A DNA stretch of 64,000 bases, taken from positions 83,826,001 to 83,890,000 of the forward strand of contig CM059432.1 of assembly GCA_030390025.1 (NCBI GenBank), in the 5' to 3' direction. The position numbers and the translations under genes were made by a program. The DNA comes from Squalus acanthias (Eukaryota). Under the pieces are notes generated by a model. That model saw nothing but the letters and a program-made list of their open reading frames with translations. It was not told where the DNA came from and did no database searches. Below are positions 52,773 to 64,000 of the stretch, in pieces (within the stretch, counting starts at the first letter, position 1; every line of letters starts with the position of its first letter).

Positions 52773-53700
52773 GGGCTAAAAATTGGAGAAGGCCTGAAAA
52801 CGGGTGCGAGGATTGTGATGTGTGATCGGCCTGTGCCCATTGAAAGTAGTGCAGGCAGCATGTGACATTCATGCTGCCTGCTAATTAACATGATTGATGT
52901 ATGCAGCCCAGCGATGAGAGCGCTGCTCAGTGGCTGAGCGCTCAGCAGGAGGCCCAAGTTCGTGGGAGGCTAGCTCTATTTAAAGCTAGCCTCCAATTTT
53001 AAACACAGTCTGCACTTCTTAAAAGGGAGGTGCATCTGCTTTCAGAACCCCATTGTACTTGTTGTCAAAGCAACTGTCAGGAAGTTATGACTCAACATGG
53101 TCGAAAAGGGCAGTTAGGTTCTCAGATGCAGCACTGGATGCCTTCGTGCTGGGGGTTGCATGGAGGAGACAGATCCTCTACCCACAGGGGGCCAGGAGCC
53201 CGCTAGACTCACAGTAAGAAGGCAGTGGGAGCAGATAGCTGAAATGGTCTATGTCTTGCCCTGAGGAACTGGATCCAGTGCCAAAAGAAGTTTAATGACC
53301 TCACATAAGTGGTCTAGGTCAGTGAATGCATCTTCAAATTCCATATCCCACCAACTGCACCATTAGCCTCACACACTGTTCAATGTACCACACCCCCATC
53401 ACTCACCTAGCAATAATCTCTATCAATCACGACTCGTACATCACATTCATAGCTTCACCTCACCCTCACACACTTACCACTGCTACAAATCTCACACCCA
53501 CATCTCACACCTTGCACACACTGCTAGCTATTCAACCATCACAGGCACATAAGCCAAACACATTGCACCACACTCACTGATACACTTCCCTTCCCTTTCT
53601 CTTGCAGGGCAAGATGGCTCATAACAGGAGACAGCAGCAGCTAACCGGTGGGGGACAGGCATGGCTGCATATCCTGACCCAGCTGGAGGAGATGTGCTGA
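52773..53700 (+). pseudogene. Old Harbinger remnant with decayed Myb/SANT exons 1-2 (third family), truncated by L2
   Basis: RFSDAALDAFV..RRQILYP..QWEQIAE..NWIQCQKKFNDLT at ~53090-53315; exon 2 cttgcag|GKMAHNRRQQQLTGGG at ~53608. Confidence 0.8.
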
Positions 53701-55925
53701 GGCAGGGCAGAGACAGCAATGCTACTGAGGTGGAAGTAGGCAGTCTTGGTGATAGAGAGGGTATGGAGTCGGAAGCTCAGCTCATGATCAAAAAGGACGC
53801 CGAGTTTGCGTACTGTCTGGTTTAGCCTCAGACTGTCGCCAAGGAGAGGGATTGAGTCGGTGGCTAGGATACGGAGTTTGTGGTGGGGACGAAAGACAAT
53901 GGCTTTGATCTTCCCAATAGTTAATTGGAGGAAATTTCTGCTCTACAAATACTGGATGTCGGACAAGCAGTGTGTAAAATCAATGGCAGTGGAGGAGTTG
54001 AGGGAGGTGGTGGTGACGTAGAGCTGGGTGTCGTCAGCATACATGTGAAACCTGATGTGTTTTTGGACGATGTTGCTGAGGGGCAGCTTGTAGATATGAA
54101 ATAGGAGGGGGACAAGGATAGCTCCTTGGGGGACTCTAGCAGTAACGGTGTGGGAGTGGGAAGAGAAGCCTCTGCAGGTGATTCTCTGGCTACAACTGGA
54201 TAGATAAGAATAGAAGCAGGCGAGTGTAGTCCCATCCAGCTAGATGACGGTGGAGAGATATTAGAGGAGGATGGTGTGGTCAATCATGTCAAAGGCTGCA
54301 GACAGGTCAAGAAGGATGGGGAGGGATAGTTTACAGTCACATAGGATGTCATTTGTGATTTTGATGAGGGCCATTTCAGTGCTGTGGCAGCAGCTGAAAC
54401 CTGATTGGAGGGGTTCAAACATGGAGGGCTGGATTTTCATAGGGCCGTGGAGGCGGGTTTGGAGGCGTGTGGGGGGTTAAAATTGCGAAAAGTGGCGGGC
54501 GGACCTGATTCCGCCTCCACGCAATTTTGATAAAATCGTGTGCGGTGTTCCCGACTCCGTCCCGCCTCCAAGAGGCGGGAGAGGCCATTAAAGCCCTTAA
54601 TAAGCCCTAAATTGGCTCTGTAATGCCATTTTGAAATGTTTTAGCTAGTTTAACCCTTTTCCCACGTGAAGCACGCCTGATGTGAAACACGCCAGTGAAA
54701 CCTGGCGGGAGCACAAGTGGATAGCTGACTATCAGCTGCCGGTCCACTATTACAGCGGAGATGTGATGAAGGTAGTAGTAGTATTAGGTCTGAAAGTCGC
54801 CTCTGATGCTGCTGCATTGAATGTCTTCAGAGGCTGCCTGGCCTTTGCTGTGAGAGGACCTGGATGCAAAAAAAAAATTCTCTCTCTCTCTCACTCAGCT
54901 GCTGCTCATTTTGCATCCAGGTCCACTCACAGCAAAGGTCAGGCAGTCTCTGAAGACCTTCAATGCAGCAGCAATGATGACATCATCAGAGGCGACTTTC
55001 AGACTGAAACCACTAATTGGTTCATGGGTTCCCACATGCTGGAACTCAATTGCCCAATTAGGTGAAAATTGCATCAATCTCCCACATCCAATTGCAGTCG
55101 GGTGGATAACACGAAATGCAGATGACACGACCCCAACCCGCCCAGTATCAAAATCCAGCCCGGAGTGTGGGAAAGATGAGCAGGGATTTAGGAGGCGACA
55201 ACATGTTCCAGGACTTTGGAGAGGAAAGGGAGGTTGGAGATGGGGTGGTAGTTTGCAAGGACGGAGGGGTCAAGGATTGTTAATTGAGGAGAGGGGAGAT
55301 GACGGCAGATTTGATGGGGAGGGGAACAATACCTGAAGAGAGGGAACTGTTAACAATATCAACTAACATGAGGGCCAAGAAGGGAAGCTAGGTGGTCAGC
55401 AGCTTGGTGGGAATAGGATTGAGGGAGCAGGAGGTTTGTCTCATAGACCAGATGAGTTCGGAGATGGCATGAGGGGAGATAGGAGAGAAATTAGAGAAAG
55501 ATGCGAGTTCAGGGCTAGGGCAGGGGGGAACCTTAGGGAAAGTTCTGTTTGGTGGACTAGGGAAGGGAGGGAAGCAGCAGAAGCAGCTGAATGGATGGTC
55601 TCAATCTTAGTGGCATAGAAGTCCATGAGCTCCTCGCACTTGTTATTGGAGGTGAGGGTGGAGGACGCAGGGGAGAGGGGTATAAGAAGATGGTTTTAGT
55701 GGAGAAGGGAAGCCAGGGTTTATCTTTGTATTCCAGAATGATCCTGGAATAGTGCGCTGTTTTGGCAGAGGAGAGTAGGACCCGATAGTGCTTTATGTGG
55801 TCCAGCCAGATCTGGTGATGCATGGCTAAACCAGTTGTCCACCATAAATGTTCAAATCAGCGTCCATTGGACTTAAGGGAGCAGAGATGGGGGCCGTACC
55901 GGGGGAACGACTTGGGTGAGAGAGA
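53700..55925 (-). mobile_element. L2-type LINE ORF2 fragment split by a Harbinger MITE
   Basis: Reverse-strand [15 protein letters not shown] and WLDHIKHYR motifs. Confidence 0.85.
54426..55161. mobile_element. Non-autonomous Harbinger (MITE), sister of 7423-8132
   Basis: Perfect TIR GGGCTGGATTTT, TSD GGA (54423-54425 / 55162-55164); the right ~250 bp is nearly identical to 7870-8132. Confidence 0.92.
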
Positions 55926-58240
55926 GTAATAGTCTTAGTGTGGCCAAGGGCATTAAAGGTGGAGCTGAGTGTGTGATTGAGCAGATTGGTAGCTGCAGAA
56001 TTGTCATGGTGTATGGTGGGCCAAAGAGCATTATTATAGGCATGTCCTGGACAAAATCATCCACAGCAATATTGTATGAACCTACCATTTTGAACTGAGT
56101 TTGCTAAAAGCTATGATATGGTCGTTAATTTCTTTATTTGAAAAGGAGAAAATTCTGGACATTATTTTTTGGGGGAATGGCATAAATTATACATTATGAT
56201 TACATCACAGAAAAGTTTGGTCGTGGGAAATATAAAGTACTGAACATAAACCACTGGTATAGAAGCCATATATATTGATGGGGAAAAAATGTAGATAGCT
56301 TGTAATAATTACAAGGGAGTAATCTCATATGAAAGTTCAGATTATGTCATAAATCACAAAGATATTTTGTAGTTTTAATTTGAGCACAAGGATAAGTTTA
56401 CAATCTTAAAATCACTCTAGGGTGTCTATTATTTCTATCATATATACACTGTAAAACTCTTGGGATGGCGTTGTTCAGACTTAGGTCTGCTTTTGCAATT
56501 GCAGTAGCTCTTATGCTGAACACCAATGCACAATGTAACAATATCAAAGTGGCTGTGCAACTTCTACAATGAAGGATTAACAATTCTGACATAATCACTG
56601 TAAGGTTATCATATGCTAGTCAACAGTTGATTATTCAGAATATTCATAGTCAATATATAGTAGAGAATTTAATCTGAAACAACATAGGACATAAAAATTA
56701 TTGGAAGAAATAAGATAGATAGGAAGTTTTTTTCAGATGACTTTACAGTATTTGACTGGCAGACTGCTGTGGCAATTGCCTCTTAATTAAAGCATTTTTG
56801 AAAAACAGCAGAAATAAGTACAGTGCTTTTAAATCATTTTATCAATGTGCCAGCTCCCAATATGTCTGTAATTGGTTTCATCAAAGATGAAAGAGGTCAA
56901 AATGTGGGACAGATGTTCAATGAAGCACATTTAAGCTCTCTTATAATCTAGTATTTTAAATTGATTTTGCTTCATCCGTGAAAGAAGGTACACTTTGCTG
57001 GGTTTTGAAAAAGAAAACATCAGGAACGATTTAAAGAGAAATTGCAGTTAATTAACTTTGATAAGCAAAACTGGTATTGATTGAAATCTTTTAGATTCTT
57101 CCTTCCTCTGAAGAAAACAGATGCAGATTTGTACACAAGACAAATTTAATGAAAACTTCAAAAAAAATTAACATGACTACTCTGCGTTGAGTCAGGCTAG
57201 CCAACTTTCTTGAGATTGAACATTTTGAAAGAGCAGTATGTCATAATTTTACCAGAAATAAGATCTTTAAACCAAACACACATATTTCACCTTGTATTGT
57301 ATGACTAGAGCAGCACGGTGGTGTTTGTAATGGGGTGAACCTACTCTGTATCTTAATACTCTTCACTGAGTGCTCAGTGGTCAAACAGCAGTCAAGATTT
57401 TCACAGCTATTCATCAAAATCTAATAAAAACCACAAAAACTCTTCCAACCAGGCATTCTGTGCAATAATCAGTACTGATAATGCATGACAAACCATATTT
57501 TTGCAGGCGCTCATATTAAATACTCACAGTATGATACAGACAGACAAGACTGACACAGAAACCCAAGAATCTAACAAATTGTACCTACTGATGCAAGAGG
57601 CATAGGAACAGCAGTATAAGACTATGGCACGGGCACAAAGACTGACAGCCTATGTAAAATTCATGCCCCATGGGCTTGAAGGTAATACTGCTCCACAGTG
57701 GGATGTAACTGAGGAATCTGCACCTTGCTACTAAATGTTTATGGATACCAAAGTTTAATATTTAATAGTGTGCAGCCTTCATCAGCATTCGGTACTTTTA
57801 AAGTAGATTCAAATGCTTTCAGTAGCTAGTCACAACATTAACAAATTAAACTTCTAACAGATGCCTTTAATGCATTTTATTTCTGTCTTTCACCAGCATA
57901 TTGAAAACTAGTTAAGACTTTTATCTGCTTTAAATTTTTTAGAATCTTCTGACATTTTCAGCCAAGGGACAAATAAACATGAAATATGAATTGGTGTTTA
58001 AAATAATAGACAGATAAATGCCACCACTGAGTGACAGGAGAGAAGTTTGTGGCAGTGATTCTACATATATTAGGCTATGCTGGTAAGGAACATCACAAAG
58101 TGGAGATCAGTAACTTTCTCACATGAGGGATAGGAAGCTTGGAGAGGGAAACTCAGGACTAGTTTTATGTGCTTCCTAGTGGCCAGATACAAATTGGCAA
58201 TAGCAAGTGCTTGGGAGCAGATCAGCTGCATGTCCTCTTC

Positions 58241-61200
58241 AACAACAACAACAATAACTTGCATTTATATAGCGCCTTTAACCTAGTAAAATGTCCCAAG
58301 GCACTTCACAGGAGTGTTATCAAACAAAACTTGACACCGATCCACATAAGGAGATATTAGGGCAGATCACCAAAAGCTTGGTCAAAGAGGTAGGTTTTAA
58401 GCAGCACCTTAAAGGGGGAAAGAGAGGTAGAGAGGCGGAGAGGTTTAGGCAGGGAATTCCAAAGCTTAGGGCCTCGGCAGCTGGAGGCATGGCCACCAAT
58501 GGTGGATCGATTAAAATTGGGGATGCGCAAGAGGCCAGAATTGAAGGAGTACAGATATCCCGGAGGGTTGTACAGCTGGAGGAGGTTACAGAGATAGGGA
58601 GGGGCGAGGCCATGGAAGGATTTGAAAACAAGGATGAGAATTTGAAAATCGAGGTGTTGCTTAGCCAGGTGCCAATGTAGGTCAGCAAGCACAGAGGTGA
58701 TGGGTGAACGGGACTTGGTGCGATGTAGGATACGGGCAGCAGAGTTTTAGATGACCTTAAGTTTATGGAGGGTGGAAGATGGGAGGCCAGCCAGGAGAGT
58801 GTTGCAATAGTCAAGTCTAGAGGTAACAAAGGCATAGTTGCGGGTTTTAGCAGCAGATGAGCTGAGGCAGGGGCGGAGTCGGGCAATGTACCGGAGGTGG
58901 AAATGGGCAGTCTTAGTGATGGCGCAGATATGTGGTCGGAAGCTCATCTCGGAGTCAAATACGACACCAAGGTTGCAAACAGTCTGGTTCAGCCTCAGAC
59001 AGCTGCCAGGGAGAAGGAAGGAGTCGGTGGTGGGGACCAAAGGCAATGGCTACGGTCTTCCCAATATTTAGTTACAGGAAATTTCTGCTTATCCAGTACT
59101 GGATGTCAGACAAGCAGTCTGACAATTTAGAGACAGTGGAAGAGTCGAGAGAGGTGTGAGTGAGGTAGACATGTTAGCGTATATGTGGAACCTGACATTG
59201 GGCTGGATTTTCCCGGGTCCCACCCGCACGGTTGGGGGCTACCCGGAAGATGACAGGAAACCTGGAAGGTCGGGTTTCCCGGCATGCTGTGGTGTTTTAA
59301 CTCCACAGCGTGCGTGTGACGTCAGGGGCGGGTTCCCCGCCTGGAAGTCAGCCTGATTGACAGGCTGGCTTCCAGTCGTGTGGGGTACTCGGCGAATGAG
59401 GCCGCAGCAACAGGTAAGTGCTGGGCCCAGGATGGTGGGGGGGGAGGGGATCCAAGCCGGGGGGGGGAGGCGATCCCCCAGGGGTGGGGGTGATCTGATC
59501 CCCGACCCCGGGGCTCAGTTGCGATCCCGGGGGGGTGTCCGATCCCCGACCCCGGTGCTCAGTCCCGATCCTCGGGGGGGTGGTGTTCCAGGCCCGGGGT
59601 GGGGGGTCCAATCAAGGGAGGGTGGGGGGTGGGTCAGGCTGATGGTGGGGGAGCTTTGCTCCCTGAGGAGCATTGCTCCCCGAGGCTGAGGCCGCCTCGT
59701 TGCAGCCACCAGGAATCCCGAGCCCCGGGATCCCCAGCCGCCTGCAGTAAAACCTGCAAAGCAGGTTAAAGCAGAGGTTTCAGGCCTAACTATAATATGT
59801 AAATTGCCAACCCGCCTCTTGGCAGCCCGCCCCCCATCCCTCCTGAGTGAAAGGTGAAAGTGGGCGAGTTGGAGGCGGGTTGGGGTCGGGGTTCACATTT
59901 TTTCAACTTTCACTTCCCCCCACGCCTCCAACCCATCCGCTCTTACCTCAGAAAATTCCAGCCATTGTGTTTTCGGATGATGTCGCTGAGGGGCAACAAG
60001 TAGATGAGAAATAGGAGGGGGCCAAGGATAGATCCTTGGGGGTCACCAGAGGTAACGGTGCGGGAGCGGGAAGAGAAGCCATTGCATGTGATTCTCTGGC
60101 TACGACTGTATACATAAGAATAGAACCAGGCAAGTGCAGTCCCACCCAGCTGGACGACAGAGGAGAAGCGTTGGAGGAGGATGGTGTGGTCAACCGTATA
60201 AAAGGCTGCAGACAGGACGAGAAGGACGAAGAGGGATAGTTTACCATGGTCACAGTCACATAGGATGTAATTTGATACGAGCTGTTTTGGTACTGTGGAA
60301 ACCTGATTGGAAAGATTCAAACATGGCGCTCTGGGAAAGATGTGCACGGATTTAGGAGGGCAGCACGTTCAAGGACTTTGGAGAGGAAAAGGAGGTTGGA
60401 GATGGGGGCAGTAGTTTGCAAGGATGGAGGGGGTCAAGGGTTATTTTTTTGAGGAGAGGGGTGATGACGGCAGATTTGATGGTGAGGGGGACAGGAGAGA
60501 GAACTGTTAACAATATCTGCTAACATGGGGGCCAGGAAGGGATGTTGGATCATCAGCAATTTAGCAGGAATAGATTCAAGGGAGCAGGAGGTGGGTCTCA
60601 TGGACAAGATAAGCTCGGAGAGGGCATGAGGAGAAATAGGAGAGAAATTAGAGAAAGATGCGAGTTCAGGGCTAGGGCAGGGGGGGATCCTTAGAGGAAA
60701 TCTGCCCAGTGGGCTAGGGGAAAGGAGGGAAGTGGCAGAGACAGAGGCAGCTGAACGGATGGTCTCAATCTTAGTGACAAAGAAGTCCATGAGCTCCTTG
60801 CACTTGTTGTTGGAGGTGAGGGTGGAGGAGGCTGGGGACAGGGGTTTAAGAAGACGGTTAGCAGTAGAGAAAAGCCGGGGGTTAGCCGGGGATGATCCTG
60901 GAATAGTGAGCAGTTTCGGCAGCGGAGAGCAGGAGTCGATACCGCTTTATGTGGTCCAGCCAGATCTGGCGATGAATGGCTAAACCAGTTGTCCTCCATA
61001 TATGTTCAAGTCTGTTCCCTTGGACTTAAGTGAGTGGAGATGACGGCTGTACCACGGGAATCACCAGGGTGAGAGAGAGTAATGGTTTTAATAGGGACTA
61101 GAGCATCAAAGGTGGAGGTGAGGGGGTAGTTGAGCAGATATGTCGTGGTGAATGGAGGGTCAAAGGCTAGATAGTTGGGATTTTGAAAGTGCAGTTGTAA

Positions 61201-61250
61201 GTGAATTGGGAAAGAGTTTTTTCCAGGGGTGGACCCAGAAGGACGCAGGG
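58241..61250 (-). mobile_element. L2-type LINE (3' ~2.2 kb) split by a MITE
   Basis: Tail aacaacaacaataacttgcatttatatagcgcc; FVTSRLDYCNTLL, LHW, KLWNSLP, PQGSILGPLLF on minus. Confidence 0.9.
59200..59963. mobile_element. Harbinger-type MITE
   Basis: Ends gggctggatttt / aaaattccagcc, TSD ATT (or ATTG); removing it restores the L2 sequence cctgacattgtgtttt. Confidence 0.85.
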
Positions 61251-61806
61251 TTGAGAGTAGTGCATAGCACAGAATGGAGAAAATAAGTACCTTTAAAATG
61301 AATGAGCTCAGTTGGTAAATGCACCAGATGGCGTAGTGTAGTACTGAGCCATATAGACCGGGAAAGTTTCAGTTTTGATTTCTAGTCTTGAGTTGAATTT
61401 GTTGGGAAAGAATATTGGGCAGAGTGTAAAAAGGGTTGATGATTTGCTAGCATCCGCTTTGCACTACCACCCAAGAGGAATTTCACCCTGATTTTAACCT
61501 CTCCCTTCATTCTTTTGCAATAATCTTAAATTGATACTTTCTAGCAACCAAATCACTGGCCGTTGGAAGTGGTTTTTACCGTATCAAAACTCCTTATAAT
61601 TTTTGATCGAAACCCTTTATAATTTTGAATACCTCTAACAACACTCCTCTTAATTTTCTCTTTTCCAATAAAAGATTTCCAGTTTTTCTAGTCTCTCCTG
61701 ATAACTAAAGCCTCTCAAGCAGGTATCATCTAAATGAATCTCTTCTGCAGTCTCTCCATATATTTGACAGCCTTCTTAAAATACAGTACCTAAACCTGGT
61801 CACAAT

Positions 61807-62944
61807 GGGAGAAATTTCAACCCCAAAAAACAGGTGGGTTGGGGTCAGCTGCGAGGTTAAAGAGTTAAAACACTGAATGCCAACCCCAAACCGCTTCCAC
61901 CCGCCCACTTCCGGTTTTAACGGAGCCGGGAGTGGGGGTGGGGGGCAGCCAACATGCCCTCAGCAGGCGGGTCGCCTATTTAAATATTATAATGAGGCTG
62001 GCGTGCCTCAGAGTGATCCACCATTATAAATTTAACTCTGGCTGGTTAGGTTTCCCAGGCCTCAGGGAACCCGCCAGCTAAAGGGAGGCGAGGACTGCTG
62101 GATCCAGGAGGTAAGTGCTTTTCCACTTACCTGCTGGATTGGCATTCCTGCCTCACCCGCTCCCCCTGACCCATTCGATCTCCCACCGACCACCCCCCTG
62201 AGCTCTCTGACCTCCCCCTCGAGGCCTCCGATCTTCCCCCACGAGGCCTCCGATTCCCCCCTCCGGCCTCTGACCACCCCCTTCAGCTCCCAATCACCCT
62301 CTCAGCTTTCTGACCTCCCCCTCCGGCCCCTGATTGCCTTCCCGACATCCCACCTCTGGCCCCAATCCTCCTCCAGCCCCGATCCTCCTCTGGCCACCAC
62401 CCCCAATCCTCCTCTGGCCCAGATCCTCCTCTGGCCACTGACCACCCCCTGATCCTCCTCCAGCTTCCGAACACCTCTCTGATACTCCTCCGGCCCCAAT
62501 CCTTCAGCCCCAATCCTCTTCCAGCCTCTGACCACCCCCCTGATCCTCCTCCGGCCTCCGAACACCTCTCCAATACTCCTCCGGCCCCAATCCTTCAGCC
62601 CCAATCCTCTTCCAGCCTCTGACCACCCCCTGATCTTCCTCCAGCCCGATCCTCTGGCCCCAATCCTCCTCCGGCCTCCAAACAACTCCCCCCCCCCCCC
62701 CCGATCCCTCCCTCCCTCCTCTCTGCGACCTAGTGTCGCAGGCCTACCCTCGCCTGACAGCCAGCCAGCCTCTCCATCTGGCTGGCTGTGCATGGGAAAC
62801 AGAGCTTTGTAATGCTAATAAGGCCCTGCTGTTAAATTCAGCAGGGCCTGCGGGAAACCCGTTCTTCGTGGTTTTCCGACCATTTTCCAGCACCCCACCC
62901 ACCCCACCCTGCTCCCTACCCGGCTCCAAATTAAAATTTCGGCT
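61807..62944. mobile_element. Harbinger-type MITE with internal C-rich minisatellite
   Basis: Degenerate TIR gggagaaatttcaa / ttaaaatttcggct, flanks AAT/AAT; ~90-bp higher-order repeats at 62435-62650. Confidence 0.68.
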
Positions 62945-63139
62945 AATATTCTATCCGCTTAACCATTTTTTTGACTAGATTTAGCATTACTTCTTTGCTT
63001 TTGTACTTGATACCATATTTATAAGATGTAGGATTTTTTTTTACAGCTGGAGAAACTTGTCTTCCCACTTTTGAAGATTTATGCATTTGAATGCCTAAGT
63101 CTGTCTGCTCCTCTGCTTGTTTTAAGGCTTTACCATTTT

Positions 63140-63640
63140 AGAGCCCCAGCACCACACTTTAGGAAGAATGTCAAGACCTTAGAGAGGGTGCAGAGGAGAT
63201 TTACTGGAATGGTATCAGGGATGAAAGACTTCAGTTATGTGGAGTGACTAGAGAAACTGGGATTGTTCTTCTTAGAGCAGAGAAGGTTAAGTGGAGGTTT
63301 TATAGAGGTGTTCAAAATCTTGAAGGGTTTTGATGGAGTAAATAAAGAGAAATTGTTTCCAGTGGAAGAAGGGTCAGTAACCAGAGGACACAGATTTATG
63401 ATGATTGGCAAAAGAACCGGAGTCGCCCTGCAGAAATATTTTTTTTTTACCTGGAATGCACTGCCTAAAAGGGTGGTTGAAGCAGATTCAAAAATAAATT
63501 TCAAAAGAGAATTGGATAAATACTTGAAAAGGAAATATTTGCTGGGCTATGAGGAAAGAGCAGGGGAGTGAGACGAATGGGATAGCTCGTTCAAAGAGCC
63601 GGCACAGGCACGATGGACCGAATTCTGTGGTGTATCAGTC
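63140..63640 (+). mobile_element. CR1 3' fragment
   Basis: ORF 63263-63571 LEQRRLSG..WNALP..FKRELDKYL. Confidence 0.85.
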
Positions 63641-63643
63641 TAT

Positions 63644-64000
63644 GGGGGAGAAATTCAATATCGCCCCGTTTGGAGCACTAACTTCTGAAAGCTTTTTCAA
63701 AATTCAGTGTTTGTGCTCCGGGAAGGAAGTGGAGTGCTAAATCAAGCGCTCCACTTCCTTCCTGGAGCGCTAAAGGGCGCAGGCGGGGCGGTAGTGGTGC
63801 AGTGCTGCACAATGTCCCGTGCAGCGCTGCTGCGATCCGAGGCTCCTTCCCTTCCTGGAAGGGAAGGGCCTTCGTTGCAGGCTCTGCATTGGGACCAGTT
63901 AGCTGGTCCCCGATGGCAGCCGCGATCTGGCCCGATCAGCCCCATGCACTCCAGCAGAGTGCCGGGCTGATTGATCGCGGCCCAGGAGCAATCAAACAAA
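63644..64000. mobile_element. MITE-like element (runs off window), inverted homolog of ~14990-15345
   Basis: Starts gggggagaaattcaat; shares the hairpin ggaagtggagcgct..agcgctccac with 15212-15250. Confidence 0.7.

Noticed and set aside
18120..64000. Upstream EYA1 exons (DPP..LRMEEMIFNLAD.. and RVF.WDLDET..)
   Set aside because: Not found on reading the unique segments; presumed beyond the window. Isolated minus-strand donors near 18735 and 40467 have no Eya-like upstream frame.

Overview
Vertebrate genomic DNA, most likely a cartilaginous fish (shark-type CR1, L2 and Penelope retroelements, Deu-domain tRNA SINEs, Harbinger and hAT DNA transposons). The window lies inside the 3' half of an Eyes-absent gene, most likely EYA1, on the minus strand. 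Five Eya-domain coding exons are recognisable (18061-18119, 17785-17945, 11631-11745, 9911-10032, 8763-8863). They splice in frame only if the donor at 17784 is a non-canonical GC. The terminal exon and the next upstream exon were not found, so 18120-64000 appears to be one intron of >45 kb. The introns are saturated with nested transposons. These include a decayed full-length Harbinger (transposase plus 3-exon Myb/SANT gene) and a second Harbinger that lost its transposase but keeps an intact spliced 482-aa Myb/SANT gene. There are also many Harbinger-type MITEs, hAT elements with perfect 8-bp TSDs, near-full-length CR1 LINEs, L2 LINEs, SINEs, and a Penelope fragment carrying a minimal hammerhead ribozyme. 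All calls come from reading the sequence; no database search was run, and repeat boundaries without TIR/TSD evidence are approximate.
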